Shown: positions 19,921 through 29,042, counted from the first letter of the stretch. The stretch is DNA of 64,000 nt from Fibrobacteria bacterium (GCA_037447435.1 JBBIGR010000012.1:40127-104126), one strand, 5' to 3'. A program made the numbers and translations. Notes: generated by a model from the letters alone, not told the origin.

Positions 19921-20074
19921 ACTTACCTCCTTAAAGAAGTGAAGGGCATCATAGGGCCGATTATAAATTCGCAGGGTTTGTCTTGCTTAAATATAAAGAT
20001 ACGGCAAAGTATTTTGGATTGCCATTATGCGGAAAGAAAGTGTTTTCTGGTGGAAAACGCCGGTGGTTCGGGTG

Positions 20075-20356
20075 CTATGCAGGAAAAACCACTAAAAAAG
20101 CGCTATAGAGACTTAAAAAAATCATCAGCAGTTGGACAATTGAATAGACAAAAGCCCGTTTCAATCCTTTTTCCTTTTTAGAAAGAATTAATAAAATATG
20201 GCACACGATGTTTATTGACATGTGAACAAAAAACCCGACTGCTGTCCCGATGAAACAATAAAATTGCCACATCGCACGGGGAGTTGTCCAAAAAGCATAA
20301 AAAACAATACAGAACATCGCAAGCAGAATAACGTCTATAAGCAGATGTCGGCTCAT
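20075..20356 (-). CDS. Small membrane protein (2-3 TM), candidate immunity protein
   Basis: Hydrophobic 93-aa ORF 14 nt downstream of 20371-21489, on the same strand. Confidence 0.5.
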   Translation of the reverse strand: MSRHLLIDVILLAMFCIVFYAFWTTPRAMWQFYCFIGTAVGFFVHMSINIVCHILLILSKKEKGLKRAFVYSIVQLLMIFLSLYSAFLVVFPA

Positions 20357-20370
20357 TCTTTTCCGGTCGA

Positions 20371-21489
20371 TTAATTTTTAAAAAGCCCGTCAATAGTATC
20401 GAATATTTTGTCAATAACGGAATTATCCGCTTTTGTATGCGCCGGATCAGACGGATTCGGATCCGAGGTTCCGACAATCGTACTACCTTTATGTTTGTGG
20501 TTGTCCAACAATGCCTCGACAAATATCTTGGAGATTTCTGTTGCAATTCCAGGCACATGACGTAATATCGAAAATATTATGTTCGAAGTCAAGGCGTGAT
20601 TATCCTTTAATCGAACAGTGATATACGGCACTGCAAAAATTTCAATTTTCCCGGCAATACTTTTCATAACCGCATCTTTATTCGTTATTGCCCCAGAAGC
20701 GTCGAATGTTGCGCTGTTCATGGATAAAAAATATCCGGCTCTGTTTTTCCAGAGGTCGGAACCGGCATCAAGATACGCTGTCAACGCATCGGCAAGCGAC
20801 GGTTTATTCTTAAAAGCAAGATCGCATGGACCGGTAAAAGGAGGCGTTTCAGATGCGATTAAATATCCGGCCACATCACCTTCGAGATTTACAGAAGCGC
20901 CGTAATCATGTTCATTTGTAAAAAGAGTCTTTGCCCGCATTTTTGGGTTTGAGATTCTTTTGTACGCGAGCATTCCCGCGCCGCCGCCGATATCGCCAAG
21001 CCAAGTAGAAGTTTCAAGGCCTGTCCCCCCGGTTGGCAATGGCACGGATCTTGAGGTGAAGCTAGCACGAGCTTGAAGCCCGATTATCGTATGGCCAACA
21101 TCAAGCGATCTGGAACCATCCTTTACTTCTGCACTGTTTTGTAAAGCTGCGAATAACTCCTGGCCAAGAGCGGGTCTGGGGTCGGCAGGCATCATTGAAG
21201 CGGTGAATATTTGAAATCCGTTATTTCGTGTTGTACTTTTTTCCTTTAAGAAATCCATGCTCCAGGGAGTTCCATAATAAATGCCCCGCAACATCGAGAT
21301 GCGATCGAGGATATCCGTGACACCATGATCAGTCATTTTTTGTTCGGCTACTCTAATCAAGCCAATTAACTCTTTAAAATTGCGGGCTTTTCTATAATGT
21401 GAGACTCGAATGGCGTTACCGGACAATACTTTAAATTTATCGGGTTTGGAAAATTCTATCATTACGGTTTTACGATCGTTACCGCTCAT
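20371..21489 (-). CDS. Hypothetical protein in the T6SS cargo operon, candidate effector
   Basis: 372-aa ORF with AAGGA RBS and no signal peptide. Conserved-looking motifs LRGIYY, LDVGH, TWLGDIG, LEGDVAG. Confidence 0.7.
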   Translation of the reverse strand: MSGNDRKTVMIEFSKPDKFKVLSGNAIRVSHYRKARNFKELIGLIRVAEQKMTDHGVTDILDRISMLRGIYYGTPWSMDFLKEKSTTRNNGFQIFTASMMPADPRPALGQELFAALQNSAEVKDGSRSLDVGHTIIGLQARASFTSRSVPLPTGGTGLETSTWLGDIGGGAGMLAYKRISNPKMRAKTLFTNEHDYGASVNLEGDVAGYLIASETPPFTGPCDLAFKNKPSLADALTAYLDAGSDLWKNRAGYFLSMNSATFDASGAITNKDAVMKSIAGKIEIFAVPYITVRLKDNHALTSNIIFSILRHVPGIATEISKIFVEALLDNHKHKGSTIVGTSDPNPSDPAHTKADNSVIDKIFDTIDGLFKN

Positions 21490-21510
21490 TGAAAGGTCCT
21501 TTATTGTAAA

Positions 21511-23514
21511 TTAAAAAACGGCAACTCCGCTGTTCCGTTTTACCAATGCCAACTTACCCAAATGAATTCTGCGTACTTGATTCCAATTAAAACCGATAAC
21601 GCCGTATTGTTGGCCGGGTATTTGTCTAAATGTCGTTGCCGTTGCCAGAGCGGGATCCGAGGCGGGGTCGGCAGAAGGCTCATCAAAATTGGTTTTCATT
21701 TTTTCGAACAGGTCATTTTCGGAAAGTGTGCCTAAAATGCCATGTCCGATATATTTATCAACCCCTGCCTCTTTGCCGATATAAATGACATTCTCTCCCG
21801 CCCACGCGCCTTTCGGATGCTTTGCTCCGTAACGCTCGTCATTTTTATAATAAAGCCAATCCCCTTTTTTCAATTCCGAAGTATCGGCAACAGTCACTTC
21901 GTCTATCAGCGACTCTAATCGCGGGCAAGCTAAAGATTTTGATAATATCAATCCAGGATTTAAGACGGATTGCCATTTGAAATATTCGGAAAAAACATCT
22001 TTTCCCAATGTTTCAAGAATTCCCTTTAAATACACCGCAAGAAGCGCCATATAGCATTCCAATATGCATGGCGAATGATAAAAAATCGAATATACCGCTT
22101 TCCATGGCAACATACCTTCCCGGAGAACGCAAATCAAAGGATTTATCGTTTTCCAAAAAATCGGATCAACGGTTGTCGTACCTCCAAAATCAATTGATTT
22201 GTTTTTCATTTCCTGAACAATGCTATTTCGTACCATTAAGACATCCAGAATCGACAGCGTTTGCGGGCCAACGCTTCCCTCTTGCAATATCGGCGCCTGC
22301 GCATGATTGTATTTTTTCTGGAAATTTACAACTGCACTTCTGGTTTCTTGACCGAAATCCCTATCGGTTTTGTAAACAGGCAACACAGTAGAATCATCTT
22401 CGAGCAGGGTGTTCTGAACTTTTCCAACACCTTCGCCGGAATCCCCTTCGCGAAGATAATATGACTTATTTCCTTTAAATGCAAATTCGAGGTTTGCGCT
22501 ATGAATCATATCATTTCGCAGCTGACGCCCGTTTTTTTCTCTATCAGTATTACTTTGTTCATATATAGCATCCAAATCGTCGGGCGCATTTACAATTTTA
22601 TAAGCATCCGATACTTCGAGTGCGGGACTTGGATCTTGTTCGACATTAAATGCAAGCTGTACCGGGCCCGGCGGTATGTCTAGTTCCGAAATAACCCCCG
22701 AGGAATCGATTGTTCCCTGACGTTGAGACCCGTCTGCAAATTGCAAAGTGTACGGAATATTAATCTGATCGAAATCATTAAAATTCGTAAGATCGAGATT
22801 CAGATCGTCCTTGAATTTCAAAAAGCCACTCTCTTGTTTTTCTCCGATTCTTACACCGTCTATGATTACGATAAAAAAATATTGCACGGGAACATAGTGT
22901 TTATGATGCTTTTGACGTTCTTCTTCCGTCACAATCGATTCCGCATCACCTGTGTAATCGAATTCCCAATTAACATCTATTTTGTCATTTTGAATTTCTA
23001 CGGGAAACGAACAATACGCTTCATGATGGCCGTCGGGATCGTATTCATACACAACCACTTTTGCTTCAGTTCCGGCAAGCGGATTGACAAATTGAACAGA
23101 AAGCGTAACGACATCACCACGGCGGACCTCATTTTTATCCCAGCACATTTTTGATATCTTGATTGGAGGTCCCACTGGTATTGTAGACAATGAATCCGTT
23201 TTTAAACCATGTTTCGGCAGCTTGGCTTCGAATCCGATTTGAGCGCCCAACTCCACCTTTTCGGGTATCGGTAAACTCCCGATAAATTCATTATTGTAAA
23301 TTTTGCCTTTTATCGTTCCCGGCGCTTTACCCTTGGAGCTGAAACCCTTTATTTCTATGGATGAGCCTTCGGCAACCGCATAGGTAACGACTTTGACTTG
23401 TGCATCCAGGCCGCCGTGCGCGGCTGTTGACAGCCATGAAGCCTCGACAATTTCCGAATCGAGTTTGATTTTCTCTTTTTTATCGGTTGAGACTTGATAT
23501 TCGCCGTCCATCAT
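21511..23514 (-). CDS. Candidate T6SS effector: Ig/transthyretin-like N-terminus, peptidoglycan-binding domain and Tgl-like transglutaminase domain
   Basis: PG_binding_1 pattern LREGDSG..V..VQ..L...DFG.ET..AV..FQ. C-terminal ECYMA...Y..IL..LG...F, GDWLY.KN, W.GENVIY and Y.GHG match Bacillus Tgl motifs. Confidence 0.75.
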   Translation of the reverse strand: MMDGEYQVSTDKKEKIKLDSEIVEASWLSTAAHGGLDAQVKVVTYAVAEGSSIEIKGFSSKGKAPGTIKGKIYNNEFIGSLPIPEKVELGAQIGFEAKLPKHGLKTDSLSTIPVGPPIKISKMCWDKNEVRRGDVVTLSVQFVNPLAGTEAKVVVYEYDPDGHHEAYCSFPVEIQNDKIDVNWEFDYTGDAESIVTEEERQKHHKHYVPVQYFFIVIIDGVRIGEKQESGFLKFKDDLNLDLTNFNDFDQINIPYTLQFADGSQRQGTIDSSGVISELDIPPGPVQLAFNVEQDPSPALEVSDAYKIVNAPDDLDAIYEQSNTDREKNGRQLRNDMIHSANLEFAFKGNKSYYLREGDSGEGVGKVQNTLLEDDSTVLPVYKTDRDFGQETRSAVVNFQKKYNHAQAPILQEGSVGPQTLSILDVLMVRNSIVQEMKNKSIDFGGTTTVDPIFWKTINPLICVLREGMLPWKAVYSIFYHSPCILECYMALLAVYLKGILETLGKDVFSEYFKWQSVLNPGLILSKSLACPRLESLIDEVTVADTSELKKGDWLYYKNDERYGAKHPKGAWAGENVIYIGKEAGVDKYIGHGILGTLSENDLFEKMKTNFDEPSADPASDPALATATTFRQIPGQQYGVIGFNWNQVRRIHLGKLALVKRNSGVAVF

Positions 23515-23537
23515 GTATCCAAACTATTCTTCGTGTT

Positions 23538-23975
23538 TTAGGCTTGGGGCTTTAATAATAAAAAACTTGCGACGATTTTATCAAAGTCGTTCGCTATGGT
23601 TTTTAATGTTTTTTTGGAAAATGTTCCGGTAATCACAAACGCCTTTGCTTCTTTGATAAAATAGAATTGTTTTTGGTATAAAACATAATTTTCCGCAGGA
23701 ACATATTTGTAAACGACTTCCAACGCCTGGGTTCCGTCGGGGAGTTTTTTATCAACCTCGCCGAGCATTTCAAAACCGGGCATAACCTGTTTGGGGCCGC
23801 TCAGTTGCGCTTGCGCGTAATCTTTTAATGTTGTTTCTTTTGAAATAAACGGGTCTATGAGCAGAACCAAATTATGCTGAACGCCGCTATCATGCGGCCC
23901 TTCAAAAGTATAAACCGTCGTTTCTTTCCAACCGTCGGGAAAGGTGAGCTGAAAAAGGTTGTTGTTCATTGGCAT
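23538..23975 (-). CDS. DcrB-related/DUF1795 (Eag-like) T6SS chaperone
   Basis: F....P.GW..TT...F, L.DY...QL......PGF, and Q.Q.......A..IT.T patterns; 145 aa; PAAR context. Confidence 0.75.
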   Translation of the reverse strand: MPMNNNLFQLTFPDGWKETTVYTFEGPHDSGVQHNLVLLIDPFISKETTLKDYAQAQLSGPKQVMPGFEMLGEVDKKLPDGTQALEVVYKYVPAENYVLYQKQFYFIKEAKAFVITGTFSKKTLKTIANDFDKIVASFLLLKPQA

Positions 23976-24025
23976 TTAAATCCTGCTCCAAAATGAGAAA
24001 GCCATTTATCTGCAAAGAATCGGTG

Positions 24026-24820
24026 TTATCTGACAATTTTAATCTTACCATCAACCAAACCGACATAAATTTGGATCTTTGTCCGGCTACCGTTCAAGCC
24101 TTCGGTTCGCCAAAGCGCGAGACCGTCTTTAAGTTTAATTTCCCAGATTCGACCTTCGCACCACTTTTTTACTACAATGTCATCTCGTTTAAATCCTGTA
24201 AAAGGCGTTTGCGGAAAAATTTTATTCTTCATCCAATTTTCAAACCAAAGATGATTATCCGCTTCTTTTTGTTCCGGATATGCGATGTCGTAATCCAAAA
24301 GTTTGGGTTCATATAATGAATACAAGCCTTCGATGTCCCGCCTTTCAAGCAACGATCTAAACGCAATCGCCCAGTCTTTCAACGTTTCTTCATTTTCAAT
24401 CGGTTTAGTTTTTATCAATCGGTTTTCAAATGAAGCAGCATCGTCACTATCGAATTCTGACGATATTTTAAACGGTACAAGATCTGCGATTTTAAGTAGC
24501 TTTACCGGATCTTCTTTTATCTCGGCAATTTTTTGTTCTAAGGTAAATCTTGAAATTATTTCTCCGGATTCGGGTCCAATCATATCGGTAGGTGAATACT
24601 TTTTTATCAACCCTTCCACTTTTATTTTGTCGAGTGTCGTCATATCCAAAGATGCAGGCATAACCTCCACTTCAACTTTATTGGTTTTCCCAATAAGCTC
24701 GGTATTGCAAGGATATTGAACGCTTCCGACTTTTGTCGCGTTCAATTCTTCGATACTTAGTCCATTGATGCTGATTTTGCACGTGCATGTATTGGCGGAA
24801 ATTTCGATATAATAGATCAT
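24026..24820 (-). CDS. Hypothetical protein, candidate immunity/accessory factor
   Basis: 264-aa AT-rich ORF with AGGA RBS inside the PAAR operon. No signal peptide. Confidence 0.65.
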   Translation of the reverse strand: MIYYIEISANTCTCKISINGLSIEELNATKVGSVQYPCNTELIGKTNKVEVEVMPASLDMTTLDKIKVEGLIKKYSPTDMIGPESGEIISRFTLEQKIAEIKEDPVKLLKIADLVPFKISSEFDSDDAASFENRLIKTKPIENEETLKDWAIAFRSLLERRDIEGLYSLYEPKLLDYDIAYPEQKEADNHLWFENWMKNKIFPQTPFTGFKRDDIVVKKWCEGRIWEIKLKDGLALWRTEGLNGSRTKIQIYVGLVDGKIKIVR

Positions 24821-24906
24821 AATTATTCCTATTTAGCAAAAGCCTGAAGCTATTTCATTTTTGGTATGCGAATAGCCAGTTCAGTATCCTTTCGAAATAA
24901 TTTCGG

Positions 24907-25953
24907 TCAAAGTAGGATTCCCAACAAATTAAAATTAGAAAGATTTTTCGCGTCTTCCAAGTCAAATGGATCCAAAGCACACTCCTTGACATTTGAGGGA
25001 TTGTAATACACCTGAACCAAATCTCCCTTTTTCAGCTGCGTCCATCGGTCTCGAAGTTCTTTTCCAGAAATACGACCGCCTATTAGGATTGAATGCCCAA
25101 CGTATTTGGTGCCATTTACAACAAATGTGTACTCCATGAGCTCTCTGGTGAGATCGGATTCTGTAATTTGTCCTTGAACCGAGGGCCATGTTTGTGCCAA
25201 TTTTGCTTTTTCAATCAGCATTTTCCCTTCATTTCTCATAAAGAAACGATAACCGATGGGCAGTAGCATGATTGCAACCAACCCGATTAGGATGGGAATC
25301 CAGCCGAACCTATTTGCCTGTTCCGTATTGACAATGCTTTGCACTGCAGATGTGACTAGAATAACGGAAATTATAAGAGTCACACAAAAAATTAGTCGTA
25401 TGGCAAACGTGCAGATCGGGTCAAGAAGCATATCTTTAGGTAAGATGTCTGAAAGATAGTTGAATCGTGCTAGATTTTCGAAGGGTTCATAGTCTTCGGA
25501 TGGATTTAAGAGACAATTCGATGGGTTCTGTGGATCATAAAAAACCCGAATTTGTTTTCCTGTTGGATATGTTTCAATAATGGCCTTGATCTCGGCCGCA
25601 TCCGGCCTGTCTGATCCGGAGAGGACCGCAGACAATCGATATCCGGTATATCCATTACCTTTTACAGCAAATCTGTACTCAACATCAGGATAGTATATTG
25701 TTTCCGGTTCATTCCGCCGTAGCGACATATTGTAATGAAAGCCGTCGACTCTTTTCACATTTGAGCGGACGATCGTTCCTTCTGCCGAAGGCCACAGGCG
25801 GCTAGCATTTTGTCTTTGCACTAATCCTTGGCCAGTCTTCCTTACCATTTTGGCAAAGAAATAAAATACCAGCAGCAGAACCAAACCAAAGACTATCCCC
25901 CAAATCCAACTTCGCCCGGCAAATAGTTCGGAAATCATTTTAGATAATTCCAT
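24907..25953 (-). CDS. Membrane protein with two DUF3592-like domains
   Basis: Two repeats of WPS..G.I..S ... Y.F.V.G..Y.G ... V.Y.P.N...C.L, each preceded by TM helices. Start codon uncertain. Confidence 0.75.
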   Translation of the reverse strand: MELSKMISELFAGRSWIWGIVFGLVLLLVFYFFAKMVRKTGQGLVQRQNASRLWPSAEGTIVRSNVKRVDGFHYNMSLRRNEPETIYYPDVEYRFAVKGNGYTGYRLSAVLSGSDRPDAAEIKAIIETYPTGKQIRVFYDPQNPSNCLLNPSEDYEPFENLARFNYLSDILPKDMLLDPICTFAIRLIFCVTLIISVILVTSAVQSIVNTEQANRFGWIPILIGLVAIMLLPIGYRFFMRNEGKMLIEKAKLAQTWPSVQGQITESDLTRELMEYTFVVNGTKYVGHSILIGGRISGKELRDRWTQLKKGDLVQVYYNPSNVKECALDPFDLEDAKNLSNFNLLGILL

Positions 25954-26050
25954 TCTGCAAACGTATAAACGGCATATCAATGATTTTTTCGTTCTTGTCA
26001 GACATATTAGCAATTGCGAGCATAGTTACCTTATTTTTTTGGCAAAACGA

Positions 26051-28408
26051 TCACGGATTTCTGCTGATTAGGTCCTTCATTGGATCAATGTACTTGTCCA
26101 ATATGTTTTTTAATTCCCCTCCATCAAGAAACAAAGCGAATCTTTGTTCTTCCATGTGTGCATAATGCATGCCTGGATCTTTCTCATTGTTAAGATTCTC
26201 AAGGCATTTCCTAATATCAAACACCAGCGCTTCCGATGTTTTAGCATCTTTTCGAATATCGTTCCTTGAATGTATTTTTTCTTCTATTTCGTTTGCAACC
26301 TCTTTCATTTCTTTGTATTCATTCAATCCAAGAACTCCCGCCTTGATTCTTACCCTAATATCATCTCCCTCGGTCAATTTTTCCATCATCATTTTATGCA
26401 AATCTTCCCGTGGAATGACCGGAGGATTATATTCAGCTTTTGGATCGGGCCATTGCCATTTGCCAAGATCGTGAGAACCTATAAGCTCGTGTTCATAGGA
26501 TTGATTTGCTTTTTCATCCAATTCCTTGGGAGCATTATGTAAATCTTCCTCTGGTGAATGTTCGTCAACACCCTCTTTTTTTGCAGTTCCTGCGGAAATT
26601 TTTAATTTCCCCGTGATACCAGACCATTTTAGCGCGCATCCAATCGACCAACCTTCTTCGTGAGTAAATTTCAAAGCACCATCTTCAAGCTTAAAACCGG
26701 TTTCCACCGTGCCTTCTAATTTAACAAAACATCCTGCTTGCGCGCGTGCACCTAAAGACCCTATTATTTCGGCACTAAAAGGAAAACTAAAGCCGGATTC
26801 GCCATCCGGAGAAATTTTGCTAAATTTCGCAGAAAGGGTAACTCCGCCGGTTAAGGATCCGAAAATCTGTATTTTATAAGCAAAACCACTAACACCTATT
26901 CCTAACTCCATTTTTAAATCAATAAGCTTAAAATCAAAATTACCGCCAACGTAATAATAAGCACGATGGTCTTTATATTCCTTCCACCCCCATTCTACAA
27001 CAAAAGTCCCTTGGAATAGCTGATTTTCCCATTCAAAATACCAGCCAACCTTTGGAACATTTTTCTGGATGAGTGGAAGAATGTCACTTATTTGTTTCCC
27101 TAATTTGACAACCGCCCCGACTGATTCCATAAATTTTAAATTTACTTGTGCACCATTCCGAACAAATATGATTGGCATTTCCGATGTCAAAGGTTTAGGC
27201 CATTTATTTAAATGCCAACCTTCTTTTTCTTTTTTATATTCCCAGGAAGATGCAGTTGTCGGTCTTTTATTTTTTACTTCATTGACAAATTGCGATGCTT
27301 CGGATTCAACTTTTGTGCCACCCGACCATTTTCTCATTGCTGGAAACTGAATTTGCAATTTGTACAAATCGGGCCTGTAGCATTTTACGGAAAAAGTTTT
27401 AGGCAAGCCTGAGATTGGATATTCCTTTGGTTTTGCCAGACCTTTCCAAAATTCAGGATTCCATATTGATGGCCCCCATTTAAAATCCTGATCGCACTTT
27501 AGTAAAAAGGCATGCATTCCGAATTCGTCTTCTTTTTTCTCCAAACTTGTGCCATTTGAAGAAAGCGACGTTGCGGTACGGGATAGTATCATTACCTCGT
27601 CTTTATAAGCGTCTTTTCCAATACTGTCCGGTACGACCTCAAAAACATTCGTGCTCTTTACAGCTCTTCTCTTCCCTTCGTATTTATGGGAACAATATGC
27701 ATACATTTCAATCATTCGAAAAACATGGACGTTGTTTCCAAAAGCAAGGATAGACCGCTCTTTCGGAACGCTATCGAAAGCTCCAACTGTTTCTTCCGCC
27801 GGAGTAACGCGCGGCGAATTGGGAAACAAAATCCGATGAATACGGGCAGGAATTTTCTTAGCAGTAGCCTTTCCAGAAGAATCGGTTGTAATCTCGGTGT
27901 TTACTCCGTTGGAAAGTTTCAGCGAAATTTTTTCACTTGCAATTGCTGTCCCGTCTTCCTTTTCAACTTTTATAGACAGGTCAGTATAAAAAGGAATTGC
28001 CGTCGAAGTTTTCTTTGCCTTATTAGCTTGTGCCACAAAATAGAGCGACGAATCGGAATACTTAAGAGGATTATTTTTTGGGATAATACTTCCTGGATAT
28101 TTCCAAGGAACTTTTGCTTTGTTACCGCTTATTTTATTGCTCAAAAATCCGAGGCTTGTATCCGGACTGTCGGTTTCTTTCTGATAAAAATAAAAAAATA
28201 TTTCCACACCATCTTTTAAACCCTTGGATTCAACAGACGCTTCAACATCTTCACCGACCTTTAGTTCCGGTTTCGACCATTTTGCGTTAGTTAAGGTACC
28301 TACCTGGATAGTATGGGTTCCCTGCACAACGCTTGTCTGCTTTAGGTTGCTGCTCGCAGTTCGGCTCGCTTTGGTATTTGTCGGTGTTATATGAGTATAG
28401 TTCATCAT
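26051..28408 (-). CDS. Large PAAR-associated candidate effector
   Basis: 785 aa. Overlaps the PAAR stop (TAATG). Transthyretin-like motif TTDSSG.A...IP and a Gly/aromatic-rich beta-strand C-terminal half. Confidence 0.75.
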   Translation of the reverse strand: MMNYTHITPTNTKASRTASSNLKQTSVVQGTHTIQVGTLTNAKWSKPELKVGEDVEASVESKGLKDGVEIFFYFYQKETDSPDTSLGFLSNKISGNKAKVPWKYPGSIIPKNNPLKYSDSSLYFVAQANKAKKTSTAIPFYTDLSIKVEKEDGTAIASEKISLKLSNGVNTEITTDSSGKATAKKIPARIHRILFPNSPRVTPAEETVGAFDSVPKERSILAFGNNVHVFRMIEMYAYCSHKYEGKRRAVKSTNVFEVVPDSIGKDAYKDEVMILSRTATSLSSNGTSLEKKEDEFGMHAFLLKCDQDFKWGPSIWNPEFWKGLAKPKEYPISGLPKTFSVKCYRPDLYKLQIQFPAMRKWSGGTKVESEASQFVNEVKNKRPTTASSWEYKKEKEGWHLNKWPKPLTSEMPIIFVRNGAQVNLKFMESVGAVVKLGKQISDILPLIQKNVPKVGWYFEWENQLFQGTFVVEWGWKEYKDHRAYYYVGGNFDFKLIDLKMELGIGVSGFAYKIQIFGSLTGGVTLSAKFSKISPDGESGFSFPFSAEIIGSLGARAQAGCFVKLEGTVETGFKLEDGALKFTHEEGWSIGCALKWSGITGKLKISAGTAKKEGVDEHSPEEDLHNAPKELDEKANQSYEHELIGSHDLGKWQWPDPKAEYNPPVIPREDLHKMMMEKLTEGDDIRVRIKAGVLGLNEYKEMKEVANEIEEKIHSRNDIRKDAKTSEALVFDIRKCLENLNNEKDPGMHYAHMEEQRFALFLDGGELKNILDKYIDPMKDLISRNP

Positions 28409-28899
28409 TATCCGCCCAAAGGAGTATTACTTTTATCAAGAAACGTCACATCCAAATAATGGTCTTCCGGCTCATTGGTTTGCGGTTCCTGGCCTGCGAT
28501 TGATGCCGACGTCAAGGCCCCGGCCGTTCCTGTTCCGCCGCTGCCTCCTCCTCCGCCACCACCGCCGCCGCCCCCTCCACCACCTCCACCTGCTTCACCG
28601 ATAAGGACGGTCATGCATCCCATGATGATTGAACTGGGCGGACCGACGCAAACTGCCATATCGCCCATACGCGCGGCCGGTTTGCCGCCGATAAGAACGC
28701 CCGTGCTTCCGAGTGTAATTGGACCGCCGACATGCGGTATCGGAGGAGTCCCGGGAGTGACCATAGGGCAAACATGCATATCTCCCATACACGCGGCAGG
28801 CATGCCGCCGATTAGGACCGTAGGGCATCCGGGGCCGGTTATCACGCCGCCGTGTGCTGTTGAATCTCCGAGTCTTGCCGCAGGTTTTCCCATACTCAT
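28408..28899 (-). CDS. PAAR domain protein with poly-Gly linker
   Basis: Three PAAR motifs (PAARLGD, PAACMGD, PAARMGD), H.CP...H metal-binding residues and a G-rich linker. Confidence 0.95.
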   Translation of the reverse strand: MSMGKPAARLGDSTAHGGVITGPGCPTVLIGGMPAACMGDMHVCPMVTPGTPPIPHVGGPITLGSTGVLIGGKPAARMGDMAVCVGPPSSIIMGCMTVLIGEAGGGGGGGGGGGGGGGGSGGTGTAGALTSASIAGQEPQTNEPEDHYLDVTFLDKSNTPLGG

Positions 28900-29042
28900 T
28901 TACTCGATACTAAAGTTTTATTTAGGCCCTATAAATTAACCCCGCGTTTCATTGCGGGATAAGTTGCAGCTGTGATTTTATCTACGCTTTCCACGTAGCT
29001 ATTTTATATAGACTCTAATATACATTTCCCATTTTAAAAGAC

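Noticed and set aside
28535..28592. Poly-Gly tract as a possible phase-variable repeat
   Set aside because: The Gly codons are mixed and in frame; it is an ordinary flexible linker.
28921..28960. TATAGGGCCTAAA next to a GAAA-containing hairpin, resembling a c-di-GMP-I riboswitch
   Set aside because: The required GGCAAA and GACGCAAAGC core segments are absent.
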